Shown: piece after piece, positions 47,120-57,497 of the stretch
How the letters are laid out: each line of letters starts with the position of its first letter
Numbering within the stretch: position 1 is the stretch's first letter
NCBI GenBank assembly: GCA_043826455.1
Contig: JBDRQD010000048.1
Coordinates: 64,001-128,000 of the forward strand
Length of the DNA stretch: 64,000 nucleotides
Direction: 5' to 3'
Source of the DNA: Candidatus Bathyarchaeota archaeon
GTDB lineage: Archaea > Thermoproteota > Bathyarchaeia > TCS64
Made by a program: the position numbers and the translations under genes
The notes under the pieces: model-generated
Databases searched by the model: none
Told to the model about the DNA's origin: nothing
What the model saw: the letters and a program-made list of their open reading frames with translations, nothing else

Positions 47120-48292
47120 TCAGAGCTCGTTCACAGCCTTCTCCAGGTTCTTAAGAGCCCTCTCAAGTATCGACCTGGGACAGGCCAGGTTCACCCTCAT
47201 GAACATGGAGCCACCGGTCCCGAAGAGAATCCCCTCGTCCAGCCAGAGCTTCGCCTTCCTCAGCATGAACTCGTTCAGCTCCTTGTCGTCCATGCCCAGG
47301 CAGCTGCAATCTATCCACGCCAGGTAGGTGCCCTCAAGCGGGTAGAGCTTGAATCCGGGGAGCTTCTCCGCGAGGAACTCCTCAAGGTACCTGAGGTTAC
47401 CACGCAGATAGGTTAGCAGCTCCTCCAGCCAGGCCTCGCCCTTGTTGTACGCGGCCTCCTGCGCAGCCATCCCGAAGATGTTGCTGTGGCCGCTCCCCTT
47501 CGATATCTGGTACCTGAGCACGTCCCTCAGCTTCTTGTTCGGGACGATGGCGTTCGCGTTGGTCAACCCAGCCAAATTGAAGGTCTTGCTGGGGGCCACA
47601 AGCGTAACGGTCCTCTGCATGGCGTCCTCGGAGACGATGGCGGTTGGGGTGTGCTTGATCTTCCCGAGGATGAGGTCGTTATGGATCTCGTCGGAGATGA
47701 TCAGTATGTCCTTCTCCCTGCATACCTCTGCGAGCCTCTCCAGCTCCTCACGTCTCCAGACCCTGCTCACCGGGTTATGGGGACTGCAGAGGATGATCAT
47801 CTTCGTCCGGTCATCGATCTTCTTCTCGAGGTCCTCGAAGTCCATCTCGTAGTACCCGTCCACGAGTTTGAGGGGGTTCTCGACTATCTGCCGCCCTGTG
47901 CCGAGGATCTGGTTCTTGAAGGGGTAGTACACCGGGGGCTGGATCACCACCTTGTCCCCCGGCTGGGAGTAGGCCTGAATCGTGATGCTGAAGCCGGCTA
48001 CAACCCCTGGGGTCCAGAGTATCCAGTCTCTCTGGATTCCCTTCCAGCCGTGGCGTCTGGCCATCCAGTTGATGAGCCAATCGTAGTAGCCGTCGCTGAA
48101 CGCCGTGTACCCGAATATGGGGTGGGCTGCACGCTCCTTCAGGGCCTCTACGACTTCTGGTGGGCACGCGAAGTCCATGTCTGCTATCCAGAGAGGGATC
48201 AAGTCATCGTATCCCGTTCTTCGCTTCATGAGTGCCCATTTAGTGGCGTTCGTGGATGTTCTTTCTATTATCGAATTAAAGTCGTATACCAA
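47120..48292 (-). CDS. MalY/PatB-family PLP-dependent C-S lyase
   Basis: LWIADMDF, CSPHNP, SDEIHND, APSKTFNLAG, EGTYLAW. Confidence 0.92.
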   Translation of the reverse strand: MVYDFNSIIERTSTNATKWALMKRRTGYDDLIPLWIADMDFACPPEVVEALKERAAHPIFGYTAFSDGYYDWLINWMARRHGWKGIQRDWILWTPGVVAGFSITIQAYSQPGDKVVIQPPVYYPFKNQILGTGRQIVENPLKLVDGYYEMDFEDLEKKIDDRTKMIILCSPHNPVSRVWRREELERLAEVCREKDILIISDEIHNDLILGKIKHTPTAIVSEDAMQRTVTLVAPSKTFNLAGLTNANAIVPNKKLRDVLRYQISKGSGHSNIFGMAAQEAAYNKGEAWLEELLTYLRGNLRYLEEFLAEKLPGFKLYPLEGTYLAWIDCSCLGMDDKELNEFMLRKAKLWLDEGILFGTGGSMFMRVNLACPRSILERALKNLEKAVNEL

Positions 48293-48433
48293 GTTGATCT
48301 GTTCAAAATTATTCTCAGTCGATATATGTTTAACGAACAGACCCTGTATTCTACTATTCGTCTCATCAAATAACGTAATGGGCTCACAGAAAATCTACGT
48401 TGACTTTAACTGATCAGTCTCGGTCTATCATGT

Positions 48434-50473
48434 ATGGCACGTAGACTGAGGTACCCCAAGTCACATCGAGTCAACCACGTGGATGTAATACATGGGGTAA
48501 AGGTCCCCGACCCCTACAGGTGGCTGGAGGACATAGACTCCCCCGAGACCCGGGCGTGGATCGAGGAGCAGAACAAGGTCACCTTCAAGTACCTGGAAGC
48601 CGTCCCTGAGCGAGAACAGATCAAGAAGCGCATGACCGAGCTGTGGGACTTCGAGAAGTACGGCATACCCTTCAAACGAGGCACCCGGTACTTCTACACC
48701 CTCAACGACGGCCTCAGAAACCAGGCCGTGCTCTACTGGACCGAGGGGCTACGGGGCGAGCCCAGGGTGCTCCTGGACCCAAATGGGCTGAGTGAGGACG
48801 GCACAGTGGCCCTCACGGGGCTCGAGGTGAGCGACGACGGCGGACTCCTCGCCTACGGCGTCTCATCTGCGGGCTCCGACTGGCAAGAGTGGCGGGTCCG
48901 GAGCGTGGAAACCGGCGAGGACACACGCGACCACCTCAAATGGACCAAGCTCACCTCCGCCAACTGGACCAAGGACGGCGCCGGCTTCTACTACAGCAGG
49001 TACGACGAGCCCACCGGCGAAGCCCTCAAGGAGGCCAACTACTACCAGAAGCTCTACCATCACAAGCTAGGCGACCCCCAGACGGAGGACACCCTCATCT
49101 ACAAACGGGACGACCAGAAAGAGTGGAGGTTCCACGGCGAGGTCACCGAAGACGGCGCATACCTCATCATCACCGTGACCAGGGGCACCTACCCCGAGAC
49201 CCAGATACTCTACAAGCCGCTGACAGAGCAAGGCCAGGTCGTCGAACTCATCACCGGCTTCAAGGCCAAGTACCACTTCATATCCAACGACGGCCCCACC
49301 TTCCACTTCCTCACCGACCAGGACGCCCCCATGGGCAGACTCGTCTCCATGGACATCACCGAACCCGGTGAGGTGAACGAGGTGATCCCAGAGGCCGAGG
49401 ACGCCCTCCAGAGCGTCTCCATGGTGGGCGGCAGGTTCCTCTCCATATACCTCCACGACGCCCACAGCCTCATCAAGGTCTACGACCGAGCCGGCGACCA
49501 CATGAGGGACGTGGAGCTGCCCGGCATGGGCACCGCCACAGGCTTCACCGGCAAACAAGACGGCGACGAGGCCTTCTTCCACTTCACCAGCTTCACGTAC
49601 CCGGGCACAATCTACCGGATGGACGTGAAGCGGGACACCGTTGAGGCGTTCAAGGAACCCAAACTGGGCTTCAATCCAGACGATTACAGGGTTGATCAGG
49701 TCTTCTACAGCAGCAAGGACGGCACCAGGATCCCCATGTACATCTGCTACAGGAAAGACGTGAACCCCAGAGACAACAACAGGGCCTACCTGTACGGGTA
49801 CGGCGGCTTCAACATAAGCCTCACACCCTTCTTCAACGTCCGCAACCTGGTCTGGATGGAGACGGGCGGCCTATTCTGCCTAGCCAACCTCAGAGGCGGA
49901 GACGAGTACGGCAAACGCTGGCACGACGAGGGCATAAAGCTGAGGAAACAGAACGTCTTCGACGACTTCATAGCGGCCGCAGAGTATCTGATCGACGAGG
50001 GCTATACCAGCACCCCCAGGCTAGCCATAGGCGGCCGCAGCAACGGCGGCCTCCTAACAGCTGCATGCCTCACCCAAAGACCCGACCTATACGGAGTAAC
50101 AGTGCCCGCCGTTGGGGTCCTTGACATGCTAAGGTTCGAGAAGTTCACGGTGGGCTGGGGCTGGACCAGCGACTACGGCACCGTGGAGGACCCAGACGAG
50201 TTCAGGGCCCTCCTAGCGTACAGCCCCTACCACAACCTGAAAAAGGGCACCGAGTACCCGCCCACCCTCGTCACCACAGCCGACCACGACGACAGAGTCT
50301 ACCCGGCCCACAGCCTCAAGTTCGCCGCCGCCCTCCAGCACGCCCAGGCTGGGCCCTCGCCCACACTCATCAGGATAGAGTCCAGGGCGGGCCACGGCAT
50401 GGGAAAGCCCACCATGAAGGTCATAGAGGAGTACACCGACGAGCTGGCCTTCATATTGGCCAACCTGAAGTAG
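48434..50473 (+). CDS. Prolyl oligopeptidase (S9A)
   Basis: DPYRWLE, YGYGGF, GRSNGG, DHDDRV, AGHG. Confidence 0.95.
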   Translation: MARRLRYPKSHRVNHVDVIHGVKVPDPYRWLEDIDSPETRAWIEEQNKVTFKYLEAVPEREQIKKRMTELWDFEKYGIPFKRGTRYFYTLNDGLRNQAVLYWTEGLRGEPRVLLDPNGLSEDGTVALTGLEVSDDGGLLAYGVSSAGSDWQEWRVRSVETGEDTRDHLKWTKLTSANWTKDGAGFYYSRYDEPTGEALKEANYYQKLYHHKLGDPQTEDTLIYKRDDQKEWRFHGEVTEDGAYLIITVTRGTYPETQILYKPLTEQGQVVELITGFKAKYHFISNDGPTFHFLTDQDAPMGRLVSMDITEPGEVNEVIPEAEDALQSVSMVGGRFLSIYLHDAHSLIKVYDRAGDHMRDVELPGMGTATGFTGKQDGDEAFFHFTSFTYPGTIYRMDVKRDTVEAFKEPKLGFNPDDYRVDQVFYSSKDGTRIPMYICYRKDVNPRDNNRAYLYGYGGFNISLTPFFNVRNLVWMETGGLFCLANLRGGDEYGKRWHDEGIKLRKQNVFDDFIAAAEYLIDEGYTSTPRLAIGGRSNGGLLTAACLTQRPDLYGVTVPAVGVLDMLRFEKFTVGWGWTSDYGTVEDPDEFRALLAYSPYHNLKKGTEYPPTLVTTADHDDRVYPAHSLKFAAALQHAQAGPSPTLIRIESRAGHGMGKPTMKVIEEYTDELAFILANLK

Positions 50474-50533
50474 CCACCCAACGGGTTCCTATCCACCCGG
50501 CTCAGTTTAATATCCGGCTCCCACCTTTCACTT

Positions 50534-51214
50534 ATGGTTCTCAGGATCGGCCACAGGGGCGCCGCCGGCCACGAGCCGGAGAACACCATCCGCGGCTTCC
50601 TGAAGGCGGTTCAGCTGAATGCAGACATGACCGAGCTGGACGTCCACCTATGCGCCTCGGGTGAGCTTGTGGTAATCCACGACGAGACCGTGGACAGGAC
50701 CACGGAAGGGTCAGGCCGCGTCGGCGACATGTCCCTCAGAGAACTTGGGGCTCTTGACGCCGGCAACGGCGAGAGGATATCCACCCTGGAAGAGGTCTTC
50801 TCGGCCCTACAGGGCCAGATAGCTGTGAATGTGGAGCTCAAGGGCCGGGGGACAGCCGAGCCCGTGTACGAGCTGATAAACGGGCTAACCCTGAGTCGTA
50901 AGTGGAGCCATGGCAGCATACTTGTCACGTCCTTCGACTGGGGCATGCTGGAGGAGATGCGCAGCCTATCGGAGAAGATGAGGCTAGGCCCTCTCGCCCA
51001 CCGTGAGCCCTTCAAGGCGCTGAGATTCGCCCAGGAGATCAAGGCATTCTCAGTCAACCCCTTCCACGGGCTCACAGACGCTGGGCTCGTCAGGGACGCC
51101 CACCATCTAGGCATAGCCGTCTACCCCTGGACCGTGAACAAGGCCGAGGACATAGCCCGGGTTAAGACAATGGGCGTGGACGGCGTCATATCCGACTACC
51201 CTGACCGGGTCTAG
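50534..51214 (+). CDS. Glycerophosphodiester phosphodiesterase
   Basis: GHRGA, PENT, ELDV, IHD, VELK, WTVN, SDYPD. Confidence 0.92.
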   Translation: MVLRIGHRGAAGHEPENTIRGFLKAVQLNADMTELDVHLCASGELVVIHDETVDRTTEGSGRVGDMSLRELGALDAGNGERISTLEEVFSALQGQIAVNVELKGRGTAEPVYELINGLTLSRKWSHGSILVTSFDWGMLEEMRSLSEKMRLGPLAHREPFKALRFAQEIKAFSVNPFHGLTDAGLVRDAHHLGIAVYPWTVNKAEDIARVKTMGVDGVISDYPDRV

Positions 51215-51257
51215 CGCATGGGTTTTAAGCCCCTAGCCCACCAAGAAGGTGATAAAC

Positions 51258-51941
51258 ATGGTTCTACCAGTGAAAATCTTCGAGGTCCGCGGCCTGGAGG
51301 GAGACCCACGGGACAGGCTCACGGGCTGGAGGGAGACGGAGCAGGTGGAAGGCGAGGAGCTCCAACTGGTCACAGAGGTCCTGGACCTGGAGGCCGCAGA
51401 CGACACCGTCACCGGCATCTTCGCCCGGGACTTCCTCAGGGACCGCAGCTACAGGCGCAGGGTACGAAGCGCCCCCGAGACGGAGGAGGCCAGGTTCTGG
51501 CTGGTGCCCCACGAGCAGCGCCAGTTCCTGGTAGTGATGGCGCCCAGCGTGGCCAGGGGCGTCAAGAAGATGCTGAGCAACCACGTGGCGGTGAAGCTGG
51601 GGGAGATACTCAACGCCGACGTCCGGGAGTCAAGGATCGCCTCCGAGATCCTGCAGAAGCTCCACGAGGCCAACCCCAAGGCAACCAACCTCATCTGGTT
51701 CGACCAGGTGGACATCCCCGGCGTCAACAAGCTGTGCCTATCCGGGGAGGGCCTGGCCGATACTGGCCTATACAAGGAGTACCTGGGCCACGGCATGATC
51801 TGGTACGTGGTGTACACGGGGCAGAGGAGCGGATACACGGTGGGGGTCACCAGGAACGCGGTGGTCACCAACTTCAGCAAGAGCACAGAGGACGAGTTCC
51901 TCAAATTCGTCAGGGAGGAGCTGCTGAGGCTCATCGAGTAA
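51258..51941 (+). CDS. Conserved archaeal hypothetical protein
   Basis: AGGTGA SD, typical codon usage, 227 aa. Confidence 0.7.
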   Translation: MVLPVKIFEVRGLEGDPRDRLTGWRETEQVEGEELQLVTEVLDLEAADDTVTGIFARDFLRDRSYRRRVRSAPETEEARFWLVPHEQRQFLVVMAPSVARGVKKMLSNHVAVKLGEILNADVRESRIASEILQKLHEANPKATNLIWFDQVDIPGVNKLCLSGEGLADTGLYKEYLGHGMIWYVVYTGQRSGYTVGVTRNAVVTNFSKSTEDEFLKFVREELLRLIE

Positions 51942-51986
51942 ACCTTACTCCTTATCTCTTCAAACGCCCTTCATCTGTGAGCAGCA

Positions 51987-52781
51987 TTGAGGTTCAGCGT
52001 CACCTCGGACATGTTCAACTACAGCTTCAAGCCCGGGCTGGAGGAGAAGCTGAGCCTCTTCAGGGAGTACGGCTTCGAGTACCTCCACTGGTGCGACAAC
52101 TGGAACGACGACGTGCTCTACACCCGCGACGAGATGAAACAGTACGCCCGGCTCATTACGGACGCGGGCCTCACCTGCCTCGACGTCCACGGCACCGCCA
52201 CCCACGACATAAGGTTAGACGCGGACGACGCAGCCACACACAGGCTCTACGTGAAGCTGCTGAGGAACCGGGTCGAGTTCTGCTCCGCCGTGGGGGGCGA
52301 CGCCGTGGTGGCGCACCCGCCCCACCTCCACGAGCCGGACCTGGAGAAGCGGCTGAGCCGAGCCGCGGAGGCCCTGGACGCTGTCAGGAGCCTATGCGGA
52401 GGCCACGGGGTAGCCCTTGCCCTGGAGAACTGCTACAGGGACGACCACAGGGTGCTCAGGCGCCTCCTCGACGAGCACCCGCCCGAGTTCCTCGGCTTCT
52501 GCTACGACTCAGGCCACGCCAACATCCACGGCAACTTCAGGCAGCTAAACCCCTTCAGAGAAAGGCTCCTCGTGACCCACCTCCACGACAACCGGGGCGA
52601 CGCTGACAGCCACCAGCCCCCCGGCTGGGGGACCATAGACTGGGGCACAGTCGTAGGGTGGTTGGAGGGCCACGGAAAGCCCCTGAACCTGGAGGTGACC
52701 CACAGCCAGGAGCACTTCAAAGGCGATCCGCGGGGCTTCCTGGAGGCGATCCGCGGCTCCCTCAAACACCTGGCCCGCTAG
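51987..52781 (+). CDS. Sugar phosphate isomerase/epimerase (AP endonuclease 2 TIM barrel)
   Basis: ALEN, CYDSGHAN, HLHDN, DSHQPPGWGTIDW. Confidence 0.85.
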   Translation: MRFSVTSDMFNYSFKPGLEEKLSLFREYGFEYLHWCDNWNDDVLYTRDEMKQYARLITDAGLTCLDVHGTATHDIRLDADDAATHRLYVKLLRNRVEFCSAVGGDAVVAHPPHLHEPDLEKRLSRAAEALDAVRSLCGGHGVALALENCYRDDHRVLRRLLDEHPPEFLGFCYDSGHANIHGNFRQLNPFRERLLVTHLHDNRGDADSHQPPGWGTIDWGTVVGWLEGHGKPLNLEVTHSQEHFKGDPRGFLEAIRGSLKHLAR

Positions 52782-54238
52782 ATGCTGAGCCAGTAACTCA
52801 CCGACAGGTAGGCAAGAGTGTACAAGGCCAGGAACCCCGCATAGGGCAGCGTCTCGCTGGTGAAGGCGAAGAAGAGGCCCAGCGCGCAGAGGAAGCCCAG
52901 CAGAGCCTCGATCCCGTTGAACCGTTTAAGGGACCCGTAGCTCCTGCGCCCCAGGCTCACCAGCCGCTCCTTGACGTCGTACTTGGGTACACGCTCGAAG
53001 ACGCCCCCCTCCTGGAGCATGCCCTCCACGATGTTGATGGCGCACACCGCGGATATCCCGTGGCCCATCAGGGCCAGGAGCCCAATGTAGGGGAGCTTGT
53101 CTCTGAAGCTGATGCCCTGCCTGCTGAGGGCCGTGTAGTAGTAGACCCCTGTGCAGAGGGTGCACACTGTGAACATGACGCCGAACCTGGGGTCCCTTAT
53201 CACCTGGCCGAAGAGGGTGCGGGGCAGGAAGCCTGTCAGGAACATGGCGTTGTAGCCTAGGAGGACGACGCCCATGAGCACAGTCATGAGCATGAGGAGG
53301 CTGATGCTGTAGTTGGTGAGCTGCATGGTGGCCTGGAACTTCTGGAAGGCTGTCAGCCACGGTGCCCCGTATATCCTGCCCAGCAGCTTCCTGGCGCACT
53401 GGATGCTGCCCTTGGCCCACCTGGCCTGCTGCACCCTGAAGGAGTACAGGTCCACGGGCACCACCCCGGGCACCACCACGTCCCGGAGGTAGACCCCCCT
53501 GTACCCGGCCAACTGAACCCGCACCGCCAGGTCCATGTCCTCGCTGAGGGTGTCCCAGCTCCAGCCCCCCGCCGCCTCGATGGCCCTGGCCCTGAAGACA
53601 CCGGCCGAGCCGTTGAAGCTCATGAGGAACCCCAGGCTGTACCTGCCGGCCTGGTCCACCACGTGATGACCGTCCAGGGCAATGGCGATGGCCTCCGTGA
53701 ACTTGTTCAGAGCCCGGTTCAGGTGGCCCCACCGGGCCTGCACGAAGCCCACCGAGGGGTCGGCCTCCAGGTGGGGTATAGTCTTCTCCAGGAAGTCGGG
53801 GTCCGGCAGGAAATCGGCGTCGAAGAGAGCTATGTACTCCCCCTTTGACTGGCTGAAGGCGTTCACCAGGGCCCCCGCCTTGTAGCCCAAGCGCCCCTGC
53901 CTCCTAACGGCCCTGATGTTGTACCCCTGGGACCTGTACCAGTCCACGGACGCGTCCACGATCCTCCCGGTTTCGTCGGTGCTGTCGTCCAGCACCAGCA
54001 CCTCCAACCTGTCCCTGGGCCATCTGAAGCCGCACACCGCCTCAATGAGCCCCTCCACCATGGTGCCCTCATTGTAGACCGGGAGCTGCACCGTCACATT
54101 GGGGCGCCTCTTCATGGGCGGCGCCTCCGGTGCCCTGTACCTGCTGGACCCGTAGGCCAGGAGGAGGCAGTTGTAGCCGAAGGGGAGCAGCAGGAAGCTG
54201 AACATAAAGTATAGGAAAACCACTAGTTCACCGATCAC
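52778..54238 (-). CDS. Processive GT2 glycosyltransferase (cellulose-synthase-like)
   Basis: QLPVYNE, DDSTD, YKAGAL, FDAD, SEDMD, QQARW and C-terminal TMs. Confidence 0.9.
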   Translation of the reverse strand: MIGELVVFLYFMFSFLLLPFGYNCLLLAYGSSRYRAPEAPPMKRRPNVTVQLPVYNEGTMVEGLIEAVCGFRWPRDRLEVLVLDDSTDETGRIVDASVDWYRSQGYNIRAVRRQGRLGYKAGALVNAFSQSKGEYIALFDADFLPDPDFLEKTIPHLEADPSVGFVQARWGHLNRALNKFTEAIAIALDGHHVVDQAGRYSLGFLMSFNGSAGVFRARAIEAAGGWSWDTLSEDMDLAVRVQLAGYRGVYLRDVVVPGVVPVDLYSFRVQQARWAKGSIQCARKLLGRIYGAPWLTAFQKFQATMQLTNYSISLLMLMTVLMGVVLLGYNAMFLTGFLPRTLFGQVIRDPRFGVMFTVCTLCTGVYYYTALSRQGISFRDKLPYIGLLALMGHGISAVCAINIVEGMLQEGGVFERVPKYDVKERLVSLGRRSYGSLKRFNGIEALLGFLCALGLFFAFTSETLPYAGFLALYTLAYLSVSYWLSI

Positions 54239-54320
54239 GGCCGCGCCCCAGTTTTCCTATTCGGGGCCCGACTTATAGGGGTTCCCAAACCCCATAAACC
54301 CGCACCCGCCACATCTATCC

Positions 54321-55535
54321 ATGGTAATTGTTGACGCAGAGGAACGGTTCCTGCGGGAGGTAGACCGCCTAGAGAAATACATGACGAACCACCTCCAGGG
54401 CATGGTCAGGATACCCAGCGAGAACCCCCCGGGGGACGAATCCAAGGTAGCCGGCTACGTTGGTGATGCCCTCACCGCCCTCGGCCTCAAGGTGGAGCAC
54501 GTGGAGCCCATGCGGGGCAGGGTGAACACACTAGGTGTGCTCAGGGGCTCCGGCGACGGCGCCGGGCTCCTCTGGAACGGCCACTTCGACACGGTGCCCC
54601 TGGGCAACCTGGACAACTGGACAGTGGACCCCCTGGGCGGCGAGGTGAAGGACGGCAAAGTCTGGGGCAGAGGAAGCGGCGACATGAAGGGCGCAGTAGC
54701 CTCCGCCATGACAGCGGTCAAGGCCCTCCAGGACGCTGGCGTCAGGCTGAGGGGCGACCTCCACATCCACGCCGTGGCCGACGAGGAGTTCTTCGGACGC
54801 TACGGCACCCAACATCTATGCGAGAAAGGCTACGTCAGCGGCGTGGAGGCCGCCGTGGTGGGGGAGGCCTCCACCAGGGATGGGAGAATCATGGCCAGGC
54901 CCGCCGTCAGGGGCAGGACCCTGGTCAACATCCGGGTCAAAGGTAAATCAGCCCACAGCAGCAGGCCCCAGATGGGCGTCAACGCGGTCCTCAAGATGAG
55001 CAAGGTGCTCCTAGCCATAGACGGGGCCGAGTTCAGGTTCCCCCGGCACGGGCTGCTGCCGGACCCCACAATAGCCCCGGGCACCACCATCCGGGGCGGC
55101 ACCAAGGACAACATGGTGCCCGAGGACTGTGAGGCCGTGTGCGACGTCCGCACCGTCCCCGGCATGAGCCCCGAGGGCGTCGTGGAGGACATCAGGGCCA
55201 TCATACGCGTCCTGGCTAGCAGGGACCCGAACCTCCACGCCACGGTAACTGCGCCCCTGAGTAAGCCCCCCAGCGAGATATCCGTCACCCACCCCCTCTA
55301 TAGGGCAGCCGCCGAGGCCACTGTGAAGGCGGTGGGCTACGAGCTGGAGCCCCTGGGCGCCGAGGGCAGCAATGACACCAGCCACATCACAAACATCGCC
55401 GGGGTCCCCGCCATGGCCTTCGGGCCAGGCGGAGGCAACGCCCACGCCCCGGACGAGTGGGCTGACATCCGGACCCACCTGGACTTCGCCAAGATATACG
55501 GACTCATGATGATGAGCCTCTGCGGCGTGGAGTAA
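54321..55535 (+). CDS. M20 family (ArgE/DapE-like) amidohydrolase
   Basis: GHFDTVP, GRGSGDMKG, DEE, AHSS, AHAPDE. Confidence 0.9.
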   Translation: MVIVDAEERFLREVDRLEKYMTNHLQGMVRIPSENPPGDESKVAGYVGDALTALGLKVEHVEPMRGRVNTLGVLRGSGDGAGLLWNGHFDTVPLGNLDNWTVDPLGGEVKDGKVWGRGSGDMKGAVASAMTAVKALQDAGVRLRGDLHIHAVADEEFFGRYGTQHLCEKGYVSGVEAAVVGEASTRDGRIMARPAVRGRTLVNIRVKGKSAHSSRPQMGVNAVLKMSKVLLAIDGAEFRFPRHGLLPDPTIAPGTTIRGGTKDNMVPEDCEAVCDVRTVPGMSPEGVVEDIRAIIRVLASRDPNLHATVTAPLSKPPSEISVTHPLYRAAAEATVKAVGYELEPLGAEGSNDTSHITNIAGVPAMAFGPGGGNAHAPDEWADIRTHLDFAKIYGLMMMSLCGVE

Positions 55536-55576
55536 GCCCCACCTTTTATAGGGTGTGAAGCTGAGACTGATCCGAT

Positions 55577-55990
55577 ATGGTCGACGAGTTGGATGAGCGG
55601 ATACTGAGGCTGCTGGAGGAGAACAGCCGCGCCACATACGTGGAGATAGGGCAGCAGGTGGGCCTCAGCGAGGGCGCCGTCAGGAACCGGGTGCAAGCCC
55701 TGGTGGCGTCAGGCGTCATCAAGCGGTTCACCATCGAGAAGGCCTCCGGCGTCGGCGTAAGGGCCCTCATCATGATTGCGGTCAGCCCCACGATCCCCAC
55801 GTATGAGGTCTCCCAGAGAGTACACAGGCTCAACGGCGTAGAGCGCATCTACGAGGTCACAGGCGAGTATGACATAGTCTTGGTGAGCAGCAGCCACAAC
55901 ATCGACGGCATCAACAGGGTCATAGAGGAGATCAGGAAGATACCCGGCGTCGAGAAGACCAACACAATAATAGTGCTGAGGACCCTCTGA
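55577..55990 (+). CDS. Lrp/AsnC transcriptional regulator (LysM-like)
   Basis: DELDERIL, LSEGAVRNRV, EVTGEYD. Confidence 0.88.
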   Translation: MVDELDERILRLLEENSRATYVEIGQQVGLSEGAVRNRVQALVASGVIKRFTIEKASGVGVRALIMIAVSPTIPTYEVSQRVHRLNGVERIYEVTGEYDIVLVSSSHNIDGINRVIEEIRKIPGVEKTNTIIVLRTL

Positions 55991-56026
55991 CAAACCTTTA
56001 TACCGTTTCCGCTGCAGCCTTGAACC

Positions 56027-57049
56027 ATGAAGCGGAGTCTCATAACCCCCATAATACTCGTTGTGTTGGTTGTCGCGGGCTACGCGCTCATCAACAGGGG
56101 CGGCGAGGGGCCTGCGACCCAGGGCGCGGAGACCGAGCAGCAGCATCCAGAAGAGCCGGTCTCTGAGCCCCAGGCCACACTCAAAGGCGTCAGCCTCTCT
56201 CCTCGCAGCTACGAGGGGGACGACTTCGTGGGTTTCTGGGAGAAGGCGTCAGAGGGTGGCAAGGTGGTGACTTGGGCGGGGGACTGGGGGCACATGGTGA
56301 ACGGGACGGCGCCCCAGGTGGTCGCTGGCCTCTCCCACACGTACGGGTGCGAGCCTGTGATCATGGTGACCTACATGGATCCGCCCTCAGGGACCAGCCA
56401 CGCCCTCACAGAGGAGACCAGAGAGGCCTACTTGAGCTCCATCAAGGGCTTCGCTGCCGAGTACGAGCCCAGATGCCTGGGAATCGGCGTTGAGGTGAAC
56501 AGCGTCTACATGCGCACCCCTGAGACCTACAACGAGTTCAAGGAGTTCTTCCCCCAGGCTCTCAGGGCCGTGAAGGAGGCGTCCCCAGACACCCAGGTTT
56601 TCACCGTCTTCCAGCTGGAGCAGATGAAAGGCCTCGGAGGCGGCCTCTTCGGCGGAGTCAACGACGAGTCCAAGAACCACTGGCGTCTATTGGACGACTT
56701 CCCCGACGCCGACCTACACGCCTTCACCACATACCCGTGCCTCATCTACGGGCACCCATCCGAGATGCCTGAGGAGTACTACTCCGAGATACTGCTCCAC
56801 ACCGATAAACCCGTGGCGTTCACCGAGGTGGGCTGGTTCAGGGAGGGCTTCCCCGGGTGGGAGAGCAGCCCAGAGGAGCAGGGCGAGTTCATCGACAGGT
56901 TCTTTGACCTCATAGAGGACGTGGACCCCGTGCTGGTTGTCTGGAGCTTCCTGTACGACCAGGATGCACAGAGGCCCTTCGACACCATGGGGCTCTTGGA
57001 CGCCGAGGAGAAGCACCTGGCGGCCTGGGAGGCCTGGCTCAGACACTAA
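56027..57049 (+). CDS. Membrane-anchored putative glycoside hydrolase (clan-A-like TIM barrel)
   Basis: N-terminal TM; IGVEVN and KPVAFTEVGW putative catalytic Glu motifs. Confidence 0.6.
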   Translation: MKRSLITPIILVVLVVAGYALINRGGEGPATQGAETEQQHPEEPVSEPQATLKGVSLSPRSYEGDDFVGFWEKASEGGKVVTWAGDWGHMVNGTAPQVVAGLSHTYGCEPVIMVTYMDPPSGTSHALTEETREAYLSSIKGFAAEYEPRCLGIGVEVNSVYMRTPETYNEFKEFFPQALRAVKEASPDTQVFTVFQLEQMKGLGGGLFGGVNDESKNHWRLLDDFPDADLHAFTTYPCLIYGHPSEMPEEYYSEILLHTDKPVAFTEVGWFREGFPGWESSPEEQGEFIDRFFDLIEDVDPVLVVWSFLYDQDAQRPFDTMGLLDAEEKHLAAWEAWLRH

Positions 57050-57080
57050 CCCTAAAACCGTGAGACCCCACGGATATGAC

Positions 57081-57497
57081 GTGAAGATATACTTCGCTGG
57101 CAGCATCAGAGGCGAGAAGCCGGACCCGGGCTGGTTCCAGGCACTGATAACACACATCTCAAGACATGGAAGGGTCCTCACGGAGCACAGCTTCAGTTAC
57201 ATCCCCGAGGAGGAGGGGCAGCTCGACGACCAGCGGATATACGAGAGGGACATGGCGTGGCTCAGGGAGGCCGACGCCGTGGTGGCCGAGGTCACGGCCC
57301 CTAGCCTGGGCGTAGGCTACGAGGTGGCCAAGGCCGAGGAGTGGGGCAAACCTCTGCTACTCCTCTACAGGGAAACGCCAGGCAGGAAACCCTCCGCCAT
57401 GCTGAACGGTAACCGCAACCTTCACCTCTTCAAATACGCGGAGAAGCGGGATGCTCTGAGAGCGGTGGACGAGTTCCTGGAGGCGTTCAAGGGGTAA
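57081..57497 (+). CDS. Nucleoside 2-deoxyribosyltransferase / DNPH1-like N-glycosidase
   Basis: IYFAGSIRG, VLTEH, RDMAWL, PSLGVGYE, SAMLNG. Confidence 0.85.
   Translation: MKIYFAGSIRGEKPDPGWFQALITHISRHGRVLTEHSFSYIPEEEGQLDDQRIYERDMAWLREADAVVAEVTAPSLGVGYEVAKAEEWGKPLLLLYRETPGRKPSAMLNGNRNLHLFKYAEKRDALRAVDEFLEAFKG

Noticed and set aside
48335..48346. CAGACCC as a possible attR copy of the tRNA-Lys 3' end
   Set aside because: A 7-bp match is expected by chance
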